Assembly (NCBI GenBank): GCA_973895155.1
Contig: OZ316896.1
Span: 19,208,754-19,272,753, forward strand
Reading direction: 5' to 3'
Origin: Marsupella aquatica
Lineage: Eukaryota; Plantae; Marchantiophyta
DNA length: 64,000 nucleotides
The notes under the pieces are model-generated. The model ran no database searches. It saw only the letters and a program-made list of their open reading frames with translations, and had not been told where the DNA came from. Numbering within the stretch: position 1 is the stretch's first letter; each line of letters starts with the position of its first letter. Made by a program: the position numbers and the translations under genes. Positions 36,480 through 51,135 of the stretch are shown here, piece by piece.

Positions 36480-37090
36480 GCCGTTTTGGGGGGAGAGGTT
36501 TGGGGAGGGAGGGGATTTGGGGAGGGAGGGTGTTGAATTGGGGGTTCATGGAACACCATGGAACACCATCGAACATTGTTGAGTGATACCCTCTCAGCAC
36601 TTTGGGGCGGGAGGCTGGGGGCGGGAAGTTTGGGGAGGGAAGGGGTTTGGGGAGGGAGGGTGTTGGGGATTCATGGAACACTATGGAACATTGCTGAGTG
36701 AGGGCATGATTGTGCAGAGACAGTTTGCTGAATGTGATTGTGTTCTTCATGGATCCAAAGCAGGTGGACCCAATCCTAATACTTTAATTCCTCTGTTTTC
36801 ACACAATGTGCAGGAGAGCCTTCTCAGGCCGTCACTATCCTTTCCCTTTAGTGGAGAGAGGCTTGGGGCAGGAGGGGGTTTGGGGAGGAAGGGTGCTGGG
36901 GGTTAATGGAACACCATGGAACGTTGCTGAGTGAGGGCATGATTGTGCAAAGACAGTTTGCTGAACGTGAGAATGTGATTGTGTTCTTCATTGATCCAAA
37001 GCAGAAGGACCCAATCCTAATACTTTAATTCCTCTGTTTTCACACAATATGCAGGAGAGCCTTCTGGGGCCTTCAATTCACTATCCTTTG
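36480..37090. repeat. G-rich degenerate repeats and ~245-bp direct duplication
   Basis: ttgctgagtgagggcatgattgtgca...ggacccaatcctaatactttaattcctctgttttcacacaat appears twice (~36690, ~36923), with ggggagggagg tracts. Confidence 0.8.
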
Positions 37091-37769
37091 GTTCGAGTTT
37101 CTAGTTAAATCCTGTTTCTAGTTAAATCCCTCCTCATGACCCCTCTTATGTTGATCACTTTGGAGTAAAACTTTGTTTGAAATGGTGGAATCTCAAGCTG
37201 CTTTGAAATATGCTTAAGCTCAGACACCACCTTGGAACTGCCATGCGTTTCAATATGTGGCTGAGTAGAGCTTTTCTTCTTTCAATGTTTGGACTTTGTG
37301 GCCCTTTGCCTTTTTGGCTCTTTGGTTTTCAGGTTTGTCCTTTATTCTTCTCCCTTTATTGGGTTTTTGTTTTTTTGCAATTAAACTATATAACTAATCT
37401 GATCACAGACCCCGATGCGAAGCTCCTTCCAAAATTTCTAGAACCACATTGAGCCACATCATCAGTTTCCGTCACAATAGGAACAATGATATTTTCAACA
37501 AAAAAACAGACACAATTGTTTGTGTTTGATGCAAGGCAAGCAGTTATACCCAATCAATAAAAAGATCAAAAAGTAGAAAAGTAAAATTTAGAACAACAAA
37601 CAATTGAATAAAACAAAGTTGTCATTTTGATGTGTTGTCAGTGATGTATTAATGTTTCTCATCAAAATGTTTGTATTTGTTAATTTTTTGCAAGTTTTTG
37701 AAAAAATTAACCAATAGAAATGTAAATAGTTAGAACACCTTGGGTTCCATAGTGAGAAACAAAATAATC

Positions 37770-38450
37770 AATCTACTTAGTATCTCATGAAATCTGTCAA
37801 TGTTAGATTCATTAGAAAGCTAGAGAAATTTAGAAACTCATGACCTCTTTAGTAATTGATAAAATCTCCCAATATCACTATTGAAAAGCTAAAGAAAATT
37901 AGAAACTCATAATCTTCTTGGTATTGGACAAAATCTATCAAATGAATGTTAGGTTCATTGCAAAGCTATGAAAATTCAAAAACTCATGATCTTCTAAGTA
38001 CTCAACAAAATATGTCAATGTTAGGTCAGGAGAGCTAGAAAAATTCAGAAACTCATAATCTCTTCAGTATTTGACTAAAACTCTCAATGTCACACATTAC
38101 AAATCTATAGACTTTCAACAACTCGTGGTCTATTTAGTACTTGACAAATTTTGACATGAAGTTGTCAATGTGGGACTCAATGTTGGAAAGCTAGAAGAAT
38201 TCACAAACTGAAGATCTTTGTACAACCTAACAAAATCACTAGCTTATGTGGCACTGACTCATTGGAAAGGCAAAGAAATTCAAGAACTTATCTCACACTT
38301 CACTAAATCTTCCAACGTGAGGCTCATATATTGAAAACCTAGAAAATTGATATATTCATGATCTCCTTAGTACTTGACAAAATGGACCAATGTGATACTC
38401 ACTGGAAACCAAAACAAATTAAGAAAATCATGATTTAATTTATGACTCAT
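37770..38450. repeat. Degenerate ~70-bp AT-rich tandem repeat
   Basis: gaaagctaga.aaatt.agaaactcat.atct...agta.ttgacaaaa recurs about 9 times. Confidence 0.75.
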
Positions 38451-39764
38451 TTCTCAATGAATCTTTTGTGCTAAACACTTGAAAGCATTTTAGAAATTCA
38501 GAACTTTGAAAATGAGTCTAACATTAGCAAAATTTGTCATTACTAACAATATTATGGGCCCTTAAACCATTTGGTTTCCATGAGTTTGGAAAATGGGTTG
38601 AGGGCCATTTGGACTAAACTTCCAAGTTACCTACTATGAAGTGTTGAGAGGAATGAAAAAAAGAAAGTGAAGATAGCGCTAGCGCTAGTGTTTGGGTTGG
38701 GTTGTTCATTAAACAACACTTTGGAAACAAGTACAAGATAAAAATTGAATCGCAACATGAAAACTAAGGTCCAACGTTGAAGTTGATCTAGTCAATTAGC
38801 TTCAATGACTCATGAAGGAACAAACAATTAACAAGAAGGTGGAAGCACTATGAGCACTAATATAGAGATCCAAATTTCTTCATCTCCCAAGTTGATCCAT
38901 AATCATAGGTGATCAGGTAATACTCATGCAACAATACACTTCCATAACTTTGATACATCACTTAAAAAAATATTTCCCAGGACTTGTCTCTCATTGAATT
39001 TAAGAATTGCTAGGCAGAGATGGGGTCCACAAATGAATTAGTAAAATTTGCAAAAGCAATATGGGATCACAAGGCCAAGGAACTCAATAGATATCAATGT
39101 TGCCCAGATCATATCCTTTTTGTTGAAGCTCTTCTTAGCCTGAAGATGTCAACCTCCAGTGTACCACCACCAATGCTAAGTTCTCTTTGCCTTTGAATGA
39201 GCACTTTACTGAACCAATGCCAAATTGGATGTCTTCATGTAAGAACAATGAAGGTACAATATGTTGATAGTACATTGACCAGCTGGTTTTGGTGGAATGG
39301 TGCTTCTTCTCCAATTATTTTGAAGCAATTATATATGCTCGAGTGAGTGGGTGGGTCTTGCGTTGACACTTTTGTTTTCTGCCATTTTAGAATGAAGTTG
39401 AATAGAGGATAAGACAAGACACCAGGACCAAAAGCTGCTCAATTTGATTACAATAGGATGCAAACAGGTGTTGGGCTATCTTGTTACTTAAATCTCATTA
39501 AAAAAATTCTCTTTGCATTTGAGATTTGTCATAACATCCCAACTGAAAGCATCTAGATACCATGGAGTGAATTTGAAATGGAATCAACTTGAAAATTTCT
39601 ATTGTCCATGATCACAAAAGATCTATAAGTTCTGAAATGTCTGCGTCAATTAATGTGAAGAACTCAGCTGGTGATCAAGAATCTGTATATCTTTAATATA
39701 TCATCATTCTAAAAGAATTATTAACTTGACTTAAACTTTTTTTTCTTGAAAGCCGAATGGAGAC

Positions 39765-40222
39765 CCATCCAACAGAGGATAGATATTCCATTCTGTTCCG
39801 GCCCATGTGATTTTAAGTAGTGTAGCCACAAGACAATACCCAGGGATATGACAGTACCCAAACCAAGAGGGAGAGAGGGTTGAAGCAAGGTGCTCCAGAG
39901 AATGTGATTTTATGTACCTAGGGTAGCCACAAGGGGACAATACCCAGGGATCCAACAGACCAAGAGGGAGAGAGGGTTGAACAAGAGTGTTCGGGAGCAG
40001 GTGATTTTATGTAGGGGGCAATACCCAGGGTCCCTACAGGGACCCAGACCAAGAGGGAGAGAGGGTTGAACCAGGGTGCTCCGGAGCATAGGATTTTATG
40101 TAGGATAGCCACAAGGGGACAATATCCAAGGATCTGACAGGACCCACACCAAGAGGAAGAGCGGGTTGAACCAAGGCCCCAATGTGGACCAGCCAGGGGC
40201 TGAGGAGAAACCAAATTTCCCA

Positions 40223-40260
<38 letters not shown>
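39765..40260. repeat. ~90-100-bp tandem repeat (4-5 units) followed by (CA)n microsatellite
   Basis: ccaagagggagagagggttgaa near 39863, 39960, 40049 and 40149; (ca)n at ~40224-40260. Confidence 0.85.
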
Positions 40261-40264
<4 letters not shown>

Positions 40265-42283
40265 GGAGACATGGGAATTTAACCTTCTCTTCTAGGCTAG
40301 CTCATCCCCTGGCCTATACCCTACCCACACATACACACAAACACACACCATCCACACTAGTGGAGACATGGGGCCTGATTGAACCTTCTCTTCTAGGCTC
40401 ATCCCCTGCCCATCTGATTTAAATTTTGTTTTTTTTGTCTTAAAAATTTTGACTTAAGCTTCTTGATCACGTGAACCATCAGTAGGGCTTTCCAATTGTT
40501 GTCATTGGTTGCATGTTACATGTACAAGCTGCATTTAGTCCTTCCTATTTCCTACCTTTTCATGAGTTTCAATCCGTAGAGTCACGTTTTTCAGACCTCC
40601 CAATTATCCTATCATGGTTGAGCCGAAAAAACCTTGCCAGCAACATCTTGCGCAATGGGTACTCATTCGGAAGCTATGGCACCACGCTGTAAACATGTTG
40701 ACCTACTAAACAGCGAGGAGGAAAAACATTGTTCCGAACCTTGAAGGGAAGGCATCACTCACTGGTGAGCTTATGTCACCTTTTCAGCAGGCAAGTAGTA
40801 GGTACCAGCATTCGTGCTCTGCTCTGCCTCTGCTCTTCCTAGTTTTGCTCTTTTCTCTTTCGGCCATTCCTATCACAGATATTAGCGAACACATGTACAA
40901 ATCACTTCGACCACTTGGCAGGCACATTTGCTGTGTTTGAATTTTCTGGATGCATTATTAGACCACAAAATCACAGAGGAAAGTGTTATGAGCATTTCAT
41001 AACGCACAGACTAGGCACGCACAGACCAGGCACGCTAAAACTTTCCTATCATAGAATAATCGCTTGACAATGTACTGAGTGCTTAGAACAATCGTTTGAC
41101 AATGTACTCACTGCGGGTGTTCTGACTTAGAATCATCCTGAGGCTGGCGCCCTAGGGACATTATATAAAAGCCAAAACATCCTTTCCACAGGGTGTTACC
41201 GTACTCATAGCCAGTGAGGTTCGTGTAAGAATGGAATACTATAATGAGTCTGCAACGTGAATTCCGAGGTCCCAAGTCAGAGGCATACATATCCGCAAGG
41301 TCATTAAATTGGTTACAATTAGAAAAAACTGGCAAGAGAAGACCGTTGTCTCATGTGTGCCAAATACCATCGATGCCCTGAACAATCTGATCCTCATGCA
41401 GGAAGACACCTGAGAGATGCGACCATTCTTTGAAACACGAAACATAATGACTGGTTTGGAATCAGATATCTCACTCTAGGAACGTTTCACGGCAAGACAT
41501 GTATTAAGACTTAAGAACATGGTTTCCACGGTGGACTTTTTCGCTAGACGTACTGGCCTTTAGATTTTTGCCTTGCTAGCGCAGCCAATATTTGGATCGT
41601 GTGACTACTTCCTCTCTGTACCTTACTTGGCCTTTTGCTTCGATCGATTTCCTAATTTCATTCCCAGAAAGCTGAGCACCGGACTCTTTCCGCCATCCAT
41701 TGGAGATAGACAGCCAGGATTGATATCAGCCCCAGGAGAAGTTACTTTTTGATGTACCCCTCAGGCTCCCAATTGTTTTTGATGCTATTAAGATTTAAGC
41801 TCGGAGATCACCCGAACGAAATTTGTTGACATCTGGCAATTCGATGACATTCGTAAATGGATTTCGGCAGAACTCCTCATTCATTCAACAAACTACAGTA
41901 AACACGCCAAAGGTTCCGAGAGTGTAAATCCAGTGCACCAAATTGAAACAAGCAAGCCCAAAGTCGAAGCTGCCGTTACTATAAAAGAAGTAAGAACAAA
42001 AGGTCAGTATGTAACGCACATGTCCCCAGTCAGAGACGCCGGTCTGAGATCGATATATTCTCTCTACATTATTTACTAAAAGCAGCTACAACTGATGGCG
42101 TTGTATCACTCAGATGTAAAAAGTGGAGTTCGACAATAAAGGTTCGAATGATTGTCATCGGTATACAGTACGTAGATTGCTCGTATGGAATTTTCTAAAG
42201 TATAGATCTGACTATGGATCGTTTTGATTACGGTATCATGCGTATGAATTCTCTGGGGCAGAGAATTATGGTCACATTCACAA

Positions 42284-45200
42284 TCATAGCTTCCGGAGAG
42301 CGAATTCCAGAGTATCTTTCCTCCCCACAACCCCGCTCCTTACTAGCCTCTCGAAATTGGCCCGGTACTCTGCAAAAGTGTACGGGATGTACAGGGAAGG
42401 GTGTGCCTCGTCGACCAGTTCAGGAGGACACTGAACCACTAATTCGCGGGGCGCTCCAAACAGATACACCATCGAAATGCGGTCAGACTTCCTGTTCACC
42501 ACCACTCTGTGGTCAGAGCTCTGGAATCTCCCGTTGCTCAGAACCTGCACATCGTGAAATGCAGTAAACCCATATCTGTGTCAATTCATTTATTTCATCA
42601 TCTACAGTAGTTGGGCGAATCTAGTAGCTGGGCAAATTACATCTTTCCTCCCTTATCTTCTTCTCTGGATTTTCATCCCTCCCCTTTTTGTTTATTGTTG
42701 ACCACGAAGCACACCATCTTAAGTACTTGCCAGCTCTGCTGCCTGCTCGTACTCTTCTCCCATCTCCTTCGCTGTGGTACCATGGACTCTAAAATTTATG
42801 TATTCAATTCTTCGCCACGGTGTGTGAGAAAAGTTTCACAACCCCTACGCCAACTTTGACCAAACAATAGCCAGGTGGAAAGGCTCTAGATGAAATAGGA
42901 TGGGATGGGAAAGTCACGCATTAGACACATCCAGAGTGATGTTGATCCGTAACCATATGACAAATGCGAGACAACGGGGTTCGTGAGACTGACATGACCT
43001 GAGTCTCAAAGCTTCCTTTCGAAGGCCGGGTGCATCACTACATGGATATGTATCGAGATAGCGGGAATGTCAGGTAAGATGTTTAACCGAGTTGACATTT
43101 TATGTTTGAGTTATCAAATGTGTTGGTATCACAAATGTATGTCACGCTTAAGCTTAGATAACGAGACATTGGCCGGATCTAATTACTCACCTGTAATGTG
43201 TCTCCAATGTTGACAACGAGGGCTCCAGGGATTGGAGTGATATCGACGAATCCTTCCCCCTCACGAACTTGCAATCCACCAACCGCATCCTGGTTCAAGA
43301 TCGTCAGAATGCCCGGGTCGGAATGGGCCGGAGTTCCCATGCAGCGTAACGGGTCGCGGCAAAGTGGGTAATGGTGCATTCTCCATGAGCTATAGAACTT
43401 TGCTGGGTCCTGGAATTCCTTCGAGAAAGTGTCAGCCTTCAGGCTCAAGCTCTCGGCCAGCAGCTCCAGCAGCTTCTTCCCCAGACTCTCGACGGACTCG
43501 CAAAACTCGTGGACAACGTTGCTGCCAATGCCGACAACACAAATTGCATTTCTGAGGAACCATGCGTTCTCAGTTACTCTTGCTAACCAATTAATGCTCT
43601 ATTCCGAGAAAAAACTGCAATTCTTCGAGGTACTCTACTCTTGCTAACCAAATAAAGATCTATTCCGAGAAAAACTGCAATTCTTCGAGGTACTCAAGCT
43701 AAGCGCTACATTTCTCGACCACTGAGATACGTATCTCTCATCAGAAATTGCCATTGAAATAATTTTCAGGAAGTCCAGCCACGGATCTCGTCAGCATACA
43801 TTAGACAGTGTTGCGTACGCTGTGTTGTTGTCAGCAAGAACCAGGACCCTTCAACAGTTCCCGTGAACTTTGCATGAGTAGTACTGTCGTTACTTTTCTC
43901 CGGCCGTGGCGCCAGCGCGTACTTACCTCCTCCTGGTGGGAGCCCCTTAGACAGTTAGACTCCCAAGTCCACAGGCAGTTTTCCTGGCCATGCATGGATC
44001 GCCTCGGCGGCTGAAAGAGCAGACGCATTAGATGGTGGTTCCTGGTGTGCTAGACACGGAAAGGTCCCACCCATGGACGATGGAAAGGATGAACAGGGAT
44101 CAGCTACGTGTGCACTAACACAGTCAATCCCCCGTGGCCTCACTGCTGTCGGCCTATACGATAGTAGTAGGTACTGGGACGGACTGTACAGCTCTTGAGC
44201 CCTCAAGAAAAATGGCAGTCCGTAGAAAACGTGAGTCCTCAAGCGACTTCGGTCTTCGTACTCGGTACAAAAACTCTCCGTCTAGCTAGCTTGCTCCCGT
44301 CCAGGTTCCCCTCGTTGGTTTCGTTCTGGAGTGAGATCTATCGATGAATAGTCAAACGGTACATCATAGCTCGTTGGAAAGATTATTTCATAAGCTTTCT
44401 AACAAGCCGAGTTTCGCTTGATTCTGATCAGATGAGAGAACGATATGAGCCCCGCAAGCTGCACAGATCAATGGTTGTGTTTTTCCACCGGTGATCCGAG
44501 TTTGACACGCCCTACTTTCAACGAGACTCATCTCAGGATGTCATTCGCGTTCCGCCAGCAATTTTATGTGCTCTACCTGACATCACAATTGGAAACCCAA
44601 GAAACGAATCCAGAAGCACTATAGCAGTCAGGAAGAAAAGAAAGGGATGTCTCAAGAGGTAAGACGACCTTACGGGAAACATAAATGCTTACTATAAAGA
44701 GCAAAACAGACTCGATCAGTGTTTGCCAAAATAATTGTCGATCAATATTCCCAGGTGCACATGACATTGTGACACACCCACTCACCACTCTGTCAATGCG
44801 TTGAGAATGGTTGGTCGTCACTCTGTAAATGAAGTTTCTGGCCTCCTTTAGTGTATATAGACTGATCGATGAGGACAGCCGATGGAAATATCTAAGAACG
44901 AGGGAAAGAATCCAGTACCAAGCTAGGGACAAGTAGAGTTGAAGGCCCCCCATGATTTTGGCAGTACTCAAAGAAATTGTAGCCCGTTCAGAGAAGATCT
45001 TGCTTGCACGATGTACCACCTCATCTAAAAATGGAAACTAGAAAGAAGGAAGCACCCATACTCATCAGATTGAGTAGTGGCTCTCTTTTGTGCTACATGT
45101 ATGAACAGCTTCCCTAATTAATAATCAAGCAGTCCGCATGCAGGGCCTTGCTCATCTTTAATTAGAATTGTCTGATTAATTTTGTTTCCAGAAGGCTATC

Positions 45201-46003
45201 AACAATTCCTACATCGAGTCTACTCAAGACGAAGCAGCTTACATGACCACAAGGTGATTTACCTAGAGCCCTCTGGTCTCCGAAGCCAACAGTTCAGAAG
45301 TGTCAGGAAAAGTTCACTTCGTGCAAGTAAAGTTCTTTCAGAGACAATTCATTATTGCTCTTGGTGGCGCACAACTGATTTGATCCCAAACTGGGTCGTT
45401 GGTCAAAGTGACATGCAGTCATTGATTGATACTTACATGTTGCAAATTGAGCACTCGGGGACAGAGTTTCCACAGAAGCGGAGAGAGCCCAAAAGCGTAC
45501 CAGAAAGTGGGGTTACCCCCGGGCCAAATTTTCTCAGCCAAAGCCTCGACCTGGGGTGTGGGTCGGTACCACTGAGACAAACACTCGAGCCAGGGAACCT
45601 CTTTTTCTTTGTGGCTAAATCTGCCATTGTAGCCACTCAGTAGATCCAACCGATCTGTCGCACCTTCTTTGACGTCCACGGGCAGCTCGAAGAAATTCCC
45701 GGCTTGTTGAAATGCCTTGTCCAGCTTCTCTTTCGGAATGCCGTGGTTGACGACTTGGAAGAAACCCAATTTGCTGGCAGCGCTTCCGATTTGCTTCACG
45801 ATTTCCTCCCTGGCTGCAGAATCCCCAGTGCTCAATCCCGTCAGATCCACGACGGGAAGTGTAACTCCCGACTTGCCGTCAATGGAGCCGACCTTCGAGC
45901 TTGGATGAACATATCGTTCAGGTACAGGGGAAGTCCAGGAGCGGGAATTGACTGTAATGATGTTTTCAAACTGCCTGGGAACAGCCACTTCTGCTGACGC
46001 CAT
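42284..46003 (-). CDS. 2-oxoglutarate/Fe(II) dioxygenase (DOXC, GA20ox-like); exons 46003-45501, 43521-43191, 42544-42284; 364 aa
   Basis: DIOX_N LPVVDL...GFFQVVNHGI, VPWLEC (cf. LPWKE), HSD...H (SSDHRV) iron triad and RIS 2OG motif. GT-AG junctions join in frame (1095 nt). Confidence 0.92.
43809..44560. mobile_element. LTR-like fragment in dioxygenase intron 1
   Basis: Begins tgttgcg and contains gttggaaag...ctttctaac and cgcgttccgc motifs often seen in plant LTRs. No TSD or clean CA end found. Confidence 0.3.
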
Positions 46004-49000
46004 AATTCCTGCTCATCACACAACATCCCACGCCATGCAATCTCAGTGGCGCTCGATCCCAGCTACCACCTAGCTGATGAGCGTACATTTTATCTCAAAT
46101 ATAGCAAGTACCACCCGGTTGACGAGCAACAAATGGATATATACACATCACTCACCGTGAGAAAGATGCCTCGATAGAATCTAATGCGGCAGGACTGCAC
46201 AGTTATCTGATGAGCACAAATCCTCGCAACTTATGATGAAATACCCCGTAGGCAGACTACGTCACACACTAACCCGCGCTGGAGCAACGCTGTATCAGGA
46301 TGCAATCATGCTCGATGATAAAGCCCAGTCTACAACGGGTTTCCCCAGGGTGTGACCCTCACTCTGGTGCACTGAGAATTGAACGGACTCGGTGTGTATA
46401 TGAGCTTTCTAAACTGGGACTCCTCCAATTTAAATGTGCTCCCCGACATGGTGGAGCCAGCAGCAACAGCGTCCAGTCCTGGACTACAGTAGGCTCGGTT
46501 AGATTAGACTAGACTATGGACTGCACGTACTGGACTCGGTACACAGAGTATTGGACCAATCACAGAAATGGTAGTTAGAGCGTGAAGTCCTTTGTGTGTA
46601 ACGTTTGTACTCAATGAGGAAGAAATGTCGTACCAAGTAGATCTCTTCCACTCGTCGTTACACACACAAACGAACAACCCAATTGAGCGTTTCTCTCCCG
46701 ACAAACAGTACCCTAGGTCGAAGCGATGTCTAAAGCAACTTTTTCGATCTCCCTCGCTGACATGGCGTTTCTTTCTTCGCGTGGAGAAAGGACAAGCCCT
46801 AGAAACTTTAGAGGCTAGATCGGACGTTGCCATCTTCTCCTGAAATGAAAGAGAAAGGACCATAATTTTATAAAAAAAAAGGAACGAACGAACCACAATG
46901 AAAGGAAAGAGGACAAACACGAAACACTAAAAAGAGGCAAATGCAAAGGAGGGGAGGGGAGGAAGAAGAAGGAAAGAAAAGGGAAGAAGAGCTACCGGCT
47001 TCACTACATCGTGTGATGAACTAGTTTTTCATAGCTAAAAGCAAATGTGTCAAGAGCTAATGATCCACATCTAGAGTCTTAACAAAGCTGCGCGCAACCA
47101 TCAAAAGGGATGTCCGCTAAAGTATAAGGCACACAAACACCCATGTATGAGCTACGTCAACCACTGATTCAAGCCAGCTCGATTGGGTAGGTAATGCTCC
47201 TGTCTCCTGTGTCGATGCCCGAAGACTCAGAGAAATCAGCTTTTAATTATGGTTCAAGGGTAGGTTTTATCATCAAAGCCAGCTCGATTGGGTACGTCAT
47301 CAATGAAGGTCGGTAATTCTCCTGTCCCCTATGTGGATGCCCGAAGACTGAGAGAGAGCAGGTTTATGGTTCAAGGGCAGGACTGTTCGATCAATATAGT
47401 CATGTTTCCTGACAAAGAAGCTGAAGGTTAAGGGCACTCAATCGAGTTCTTGCCGTGCGTCAAGCTCCAAAGGTTCGGCAGTTATGTTTCTGTCTTTCAA
47501 ATGGTAGCATACATAATTTATGTATCCTTTTAAATAGAATAAAATAAACAATGTAGATGAGTGTTTACTTAGATTACTCTTTGAATATGTATGTACATAT
47601 TTTCCAAGTTTGACAAAAACACTTCTCAAATTTCTTATGAGATTGAATAATTAACACTTTGTTTTTTTGCCCAAACAAGATGGTCCTACTGCACCAGAGA
47701 GTCTGCTTAGCGTTACCTCGGAAACCTATTCTGCCCTATTGCTTTGGAGTCCTTTGGGGCTCGACACCCCATTTTTCAACCTTTTTTCCAGACTTATGAC
47801 ATACATTATGTCCAGCATAGGCCCTGGTTTCTGTCATCAATGCTTCCTTTAGACATCCAGTATTTGTTTCACTACAAAGGCCTCTGGCATTCACTATTCT
47901 TTGTAGGGGTGAGATTTTAGGCTTCAGGGTCTATAATCAAATTACCTGGGTGACTGCCCTATGTAGTTCATGACAGATCTCTACCAGGATTTTCAATTTG
48001 CTGATAGGACTGGTAGGCTTTTGGGTTTTTGTTCCTAGGATTTTCCCTTCTTGAACCCCCGTTGTTGTTGTTGTTTTTTTCTTTTCTTGAACCCCCGTTA
48101 TTGAGTCTCTCACCTGTAGGATCGTGTCTCGCCACAGGGAACTTTGGTTTTGTTGGCAGTGTGGAATAACTTTTAGAGAATTAGTTGCTCACCAGTCAGC
48201 TACTGTAGTGTCTACATGTGACGACAGATCCTTTCTCACTCTTGGCCATGGATCACCTTGGTAGGTGAGTAATCAAGGGCCAAACACTAGGGAAGCTGTC
48301 CCACCTCAACATTGTACAAGACAATCAAACAGTTCTGCCCCCTCATAATCATCATTTTGTTGCACTTACTCGATTGAAAATGTATTATTACTTTCTGACT
48401 GTTAAAACTGGAAGAGATTAACAGATTTACTCAAATTTAAATGTCAACAAAGTACCAGAAGAAACAGAGAGAGGTCAACAAATGCGTAGACACCAGTGAC
48501 TGCCTACGAACTTTGAATTATGTGCAATCTAAAAAGTCTGCAAGCTAGTAAGGAGACCATCATAGCGGCCTACTCTAAATGCGGTCTAAAGCCTCCAATT
48601 GCGCTGACTGCGAAAATATCTCGAATGCATAACGTCTTATGGACGGAACTAAGGGAAGTCAGAGAGTTGTACGTAGCTATGAAATCTTCGTGACGCACTC
48701 AAAACTGTAGATAATAGCTGTTACGTAGGGAGTGAGTGACAAGAAACTCAGCAATTAAGTCAAACTAGGGCTTTCAAGTCTAGGAGAACTTTGTTGAACC
48801 TGCTTGAGTTATGATCGTTTGCTGAAACGCGGGCAAGGTCGGAAGTCATATGTGAGGCTGGGAAAAATATTAGTTCGGTCTCGCTTAATCGAGGTTCAGA
48901 GCCCTTACAGCCAAACTTAACACTGGTACGATCTTCTGTTCTAAGTGAAGCATATAATCCCACTGAAGTTGTCACAAGAACAAGCTGCAGTAAACAGGAG

Positions 49001-50640
49001 TCGACGATGTCTACTCTTGTGTCCGTGATTTTCGGGGCATCTGCAACCCGAACTAATTCAGTGCAAGTGAATCTGCAACTAGAGTGACCAGTCTTTCTTT
49101 GAGATGCACCAACTAGCCTGGCAGAAGTCATCCTTTCACCCTTTGCCTCAACATCTACAAGTAGGATGTTGAGGGACACTGGTGGTTTATTACAAACTGT
49201 TTAGGGGAGACGGGGACCCTCATGACACTCTCCAATATAGTACTGTAACAAACAATAGCGAGAACAGTAGTCTTGACACAAGGTGTCTACTTCTACGACA
49301 GTTGTGCCAATGATTTAAATCTGCATCGAGGGTTTGTCGCGCCTATCATATCCGCGGAACATGTTTCTTAAATCCCTAGCTTCTTTACTTCTCTATTTGT
49401 ATTTTGTGGTACATTGTGTAGTGCTTGAATGCAAAGTACAAGCAGGATTATTTGGGGCCTTATGCAGTCTTTCTTCTACTCATCTCTTAGTCGAAACCTG
49501 GGTAGAAAGTGTAAGAGGTCTGTCTTCAAGTGTAAACAATATAACAAAAAGAATCGAGCCCCCATTTTTAGTGCATTACAGCCCATAATTACCTGGTAAC
49601 AAGGTTTTACTATAATAATGCAAAACCATTTCTTATGGAACCTAATTGTTGATGACCCTGTTGGGCATGCACATAATTTGTGACACGGTCGAAACTTTTC
49701 CAACCGTAGACCAGGTTGGCCCGGTTCAAAGACGTTTTCCAAAAAAGATTTGGCTAATAGTCAAAGACTAACTTGATGATTCAGACTCAGGCTGTAGAAG
49801 TACAGCATAACGGATACGACATTCTGAGGCTCAAACGTTGATAGAAGCTCCGGTAACGAATTGCAATTTGCATACGCCTCAGATGCTTTGGCAGATTTGC
49901 ACAAGGAGGAAGCTATGGCCAATGTTTGGCATAAACTGTGGACATACATTCAAATTTCTTGGGACCGATTGAATCAAAAGATGCACTAGCTGTTGAAAAT
50001 AAGGGGCATGAGGAAAAGTCATGGAAAAGATTCCAGACGGTATGTGTTGCATGGAGACTGGAATTGTCATCAGATGTTCGGCTACGAGTATGTGATTGGC
50101 GGATTCTGGACGGGAGAAGCAAGGACTGGGAGGTCAGTCAGGCACTACAGCCAGTAGTTGAATTGTGCTTTGGCCCGTGTGAACTGGAACTGGAAAATGT
50201 TGTGTGTCAGGCTTGGAGAGAGACTGGGCAAGGGTTAACTCTCGTTGCCATTTGCCCCCTTGAGGGTGTGTCTTGGCGTGGTGGAACACCGCATGGTGGA
50301 ACACCAGTCAACCTCCGTTGGGACTCGGCTTTCAATAAAGTCTCTCTTATCAGTACAAGGCTTGGTTGCGAGCTTGGTTCTCAATAATGTCTCAATTTCC
50401 TTCTTTTTTAATGTTTTGCTTATTGCTATCAGCACCAGCAACTATCTTTAGATGCCACCGGCCATAAGTTTTTCTAGGCGAGTTTCGACCTCAATCTTAT
50501 CTGGAAAATGCTCAGGTGACCCAATGCAAAGACAAAAACTGAGAATTTCCCCAAAAGTTCGGCAAATCCTCACCTAGCTAAGAGGGCTAGTCGCCAGACA
50601 AACAATTTTTCTTAAATCTAACTCACTCCTTCCCAAAATG

Positions 50641-51015
50641 AGGAAACACAAATGGCTGGCACAGGCATTGCGGGGACAATTAGAGCTACATCCATGTTGC
50701 AATCAGCACATACTTGAAATGTCCTGTTTGTCAGGTTCCCTGTACACTCCTCTACTCATTGTGAAAGGAAACACAAATGGCTGGCACAGGCATTGCGGGG
50801 ACAATTAGAGCTACATCCATGTTGCAATCAGCACATACTTGAAATGTCCTGTTTGTCAGGTTCCCTGTACACTCCTCTACTCATTGTGAAAGGAAACACA
50901 AATGGCTGGCACAGGCATTGCGGGGACAATTAGAGCTACATCCATGTTGCAATCAGCACATACTTGAAATGTCCTGTTTGTCAGGTTCCCTGTACACTCC
51001 TCTACTCATTGTGAA
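50641..51015. repeat. Three identical 125-bp tandem repeats downstream of the CMO stop
   Basis: aggaaacacaaatggctggc...ctcattgtgaa at 50641, 50766 and 50891. Confidence 0.95.
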
Positions 51016-51135
51016 GGAGTCATTCAAGTATCAAAGAGAAAATATTTTTTAAGCTCATCTTGTGTGGTTTATCGAGTCAGAGATTACGTCTCAATATTGC
51101 TTGACGCAAATCCTATAGATTCATCCACTACAAGT

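Noticed and set aside
38930-39560. Possible decayed transposase fragment
   Set aside because: Too many stops and no diagnostic motif readable by eye.
46995-47026. Possible second Helitron 3' end (tcactacatcgtgtgatgaaCTAGt)
   Set aside because: The hairpin is weak and no 5' end or empty site can be shown.
48760-50450. ORFs 48760..49179 and 49938..50387, and a PBS-like TGGCAC near 49305
   Set aside because: No domain motifs and no paired LTR; may be decayed TE sequence but cannot be supported.
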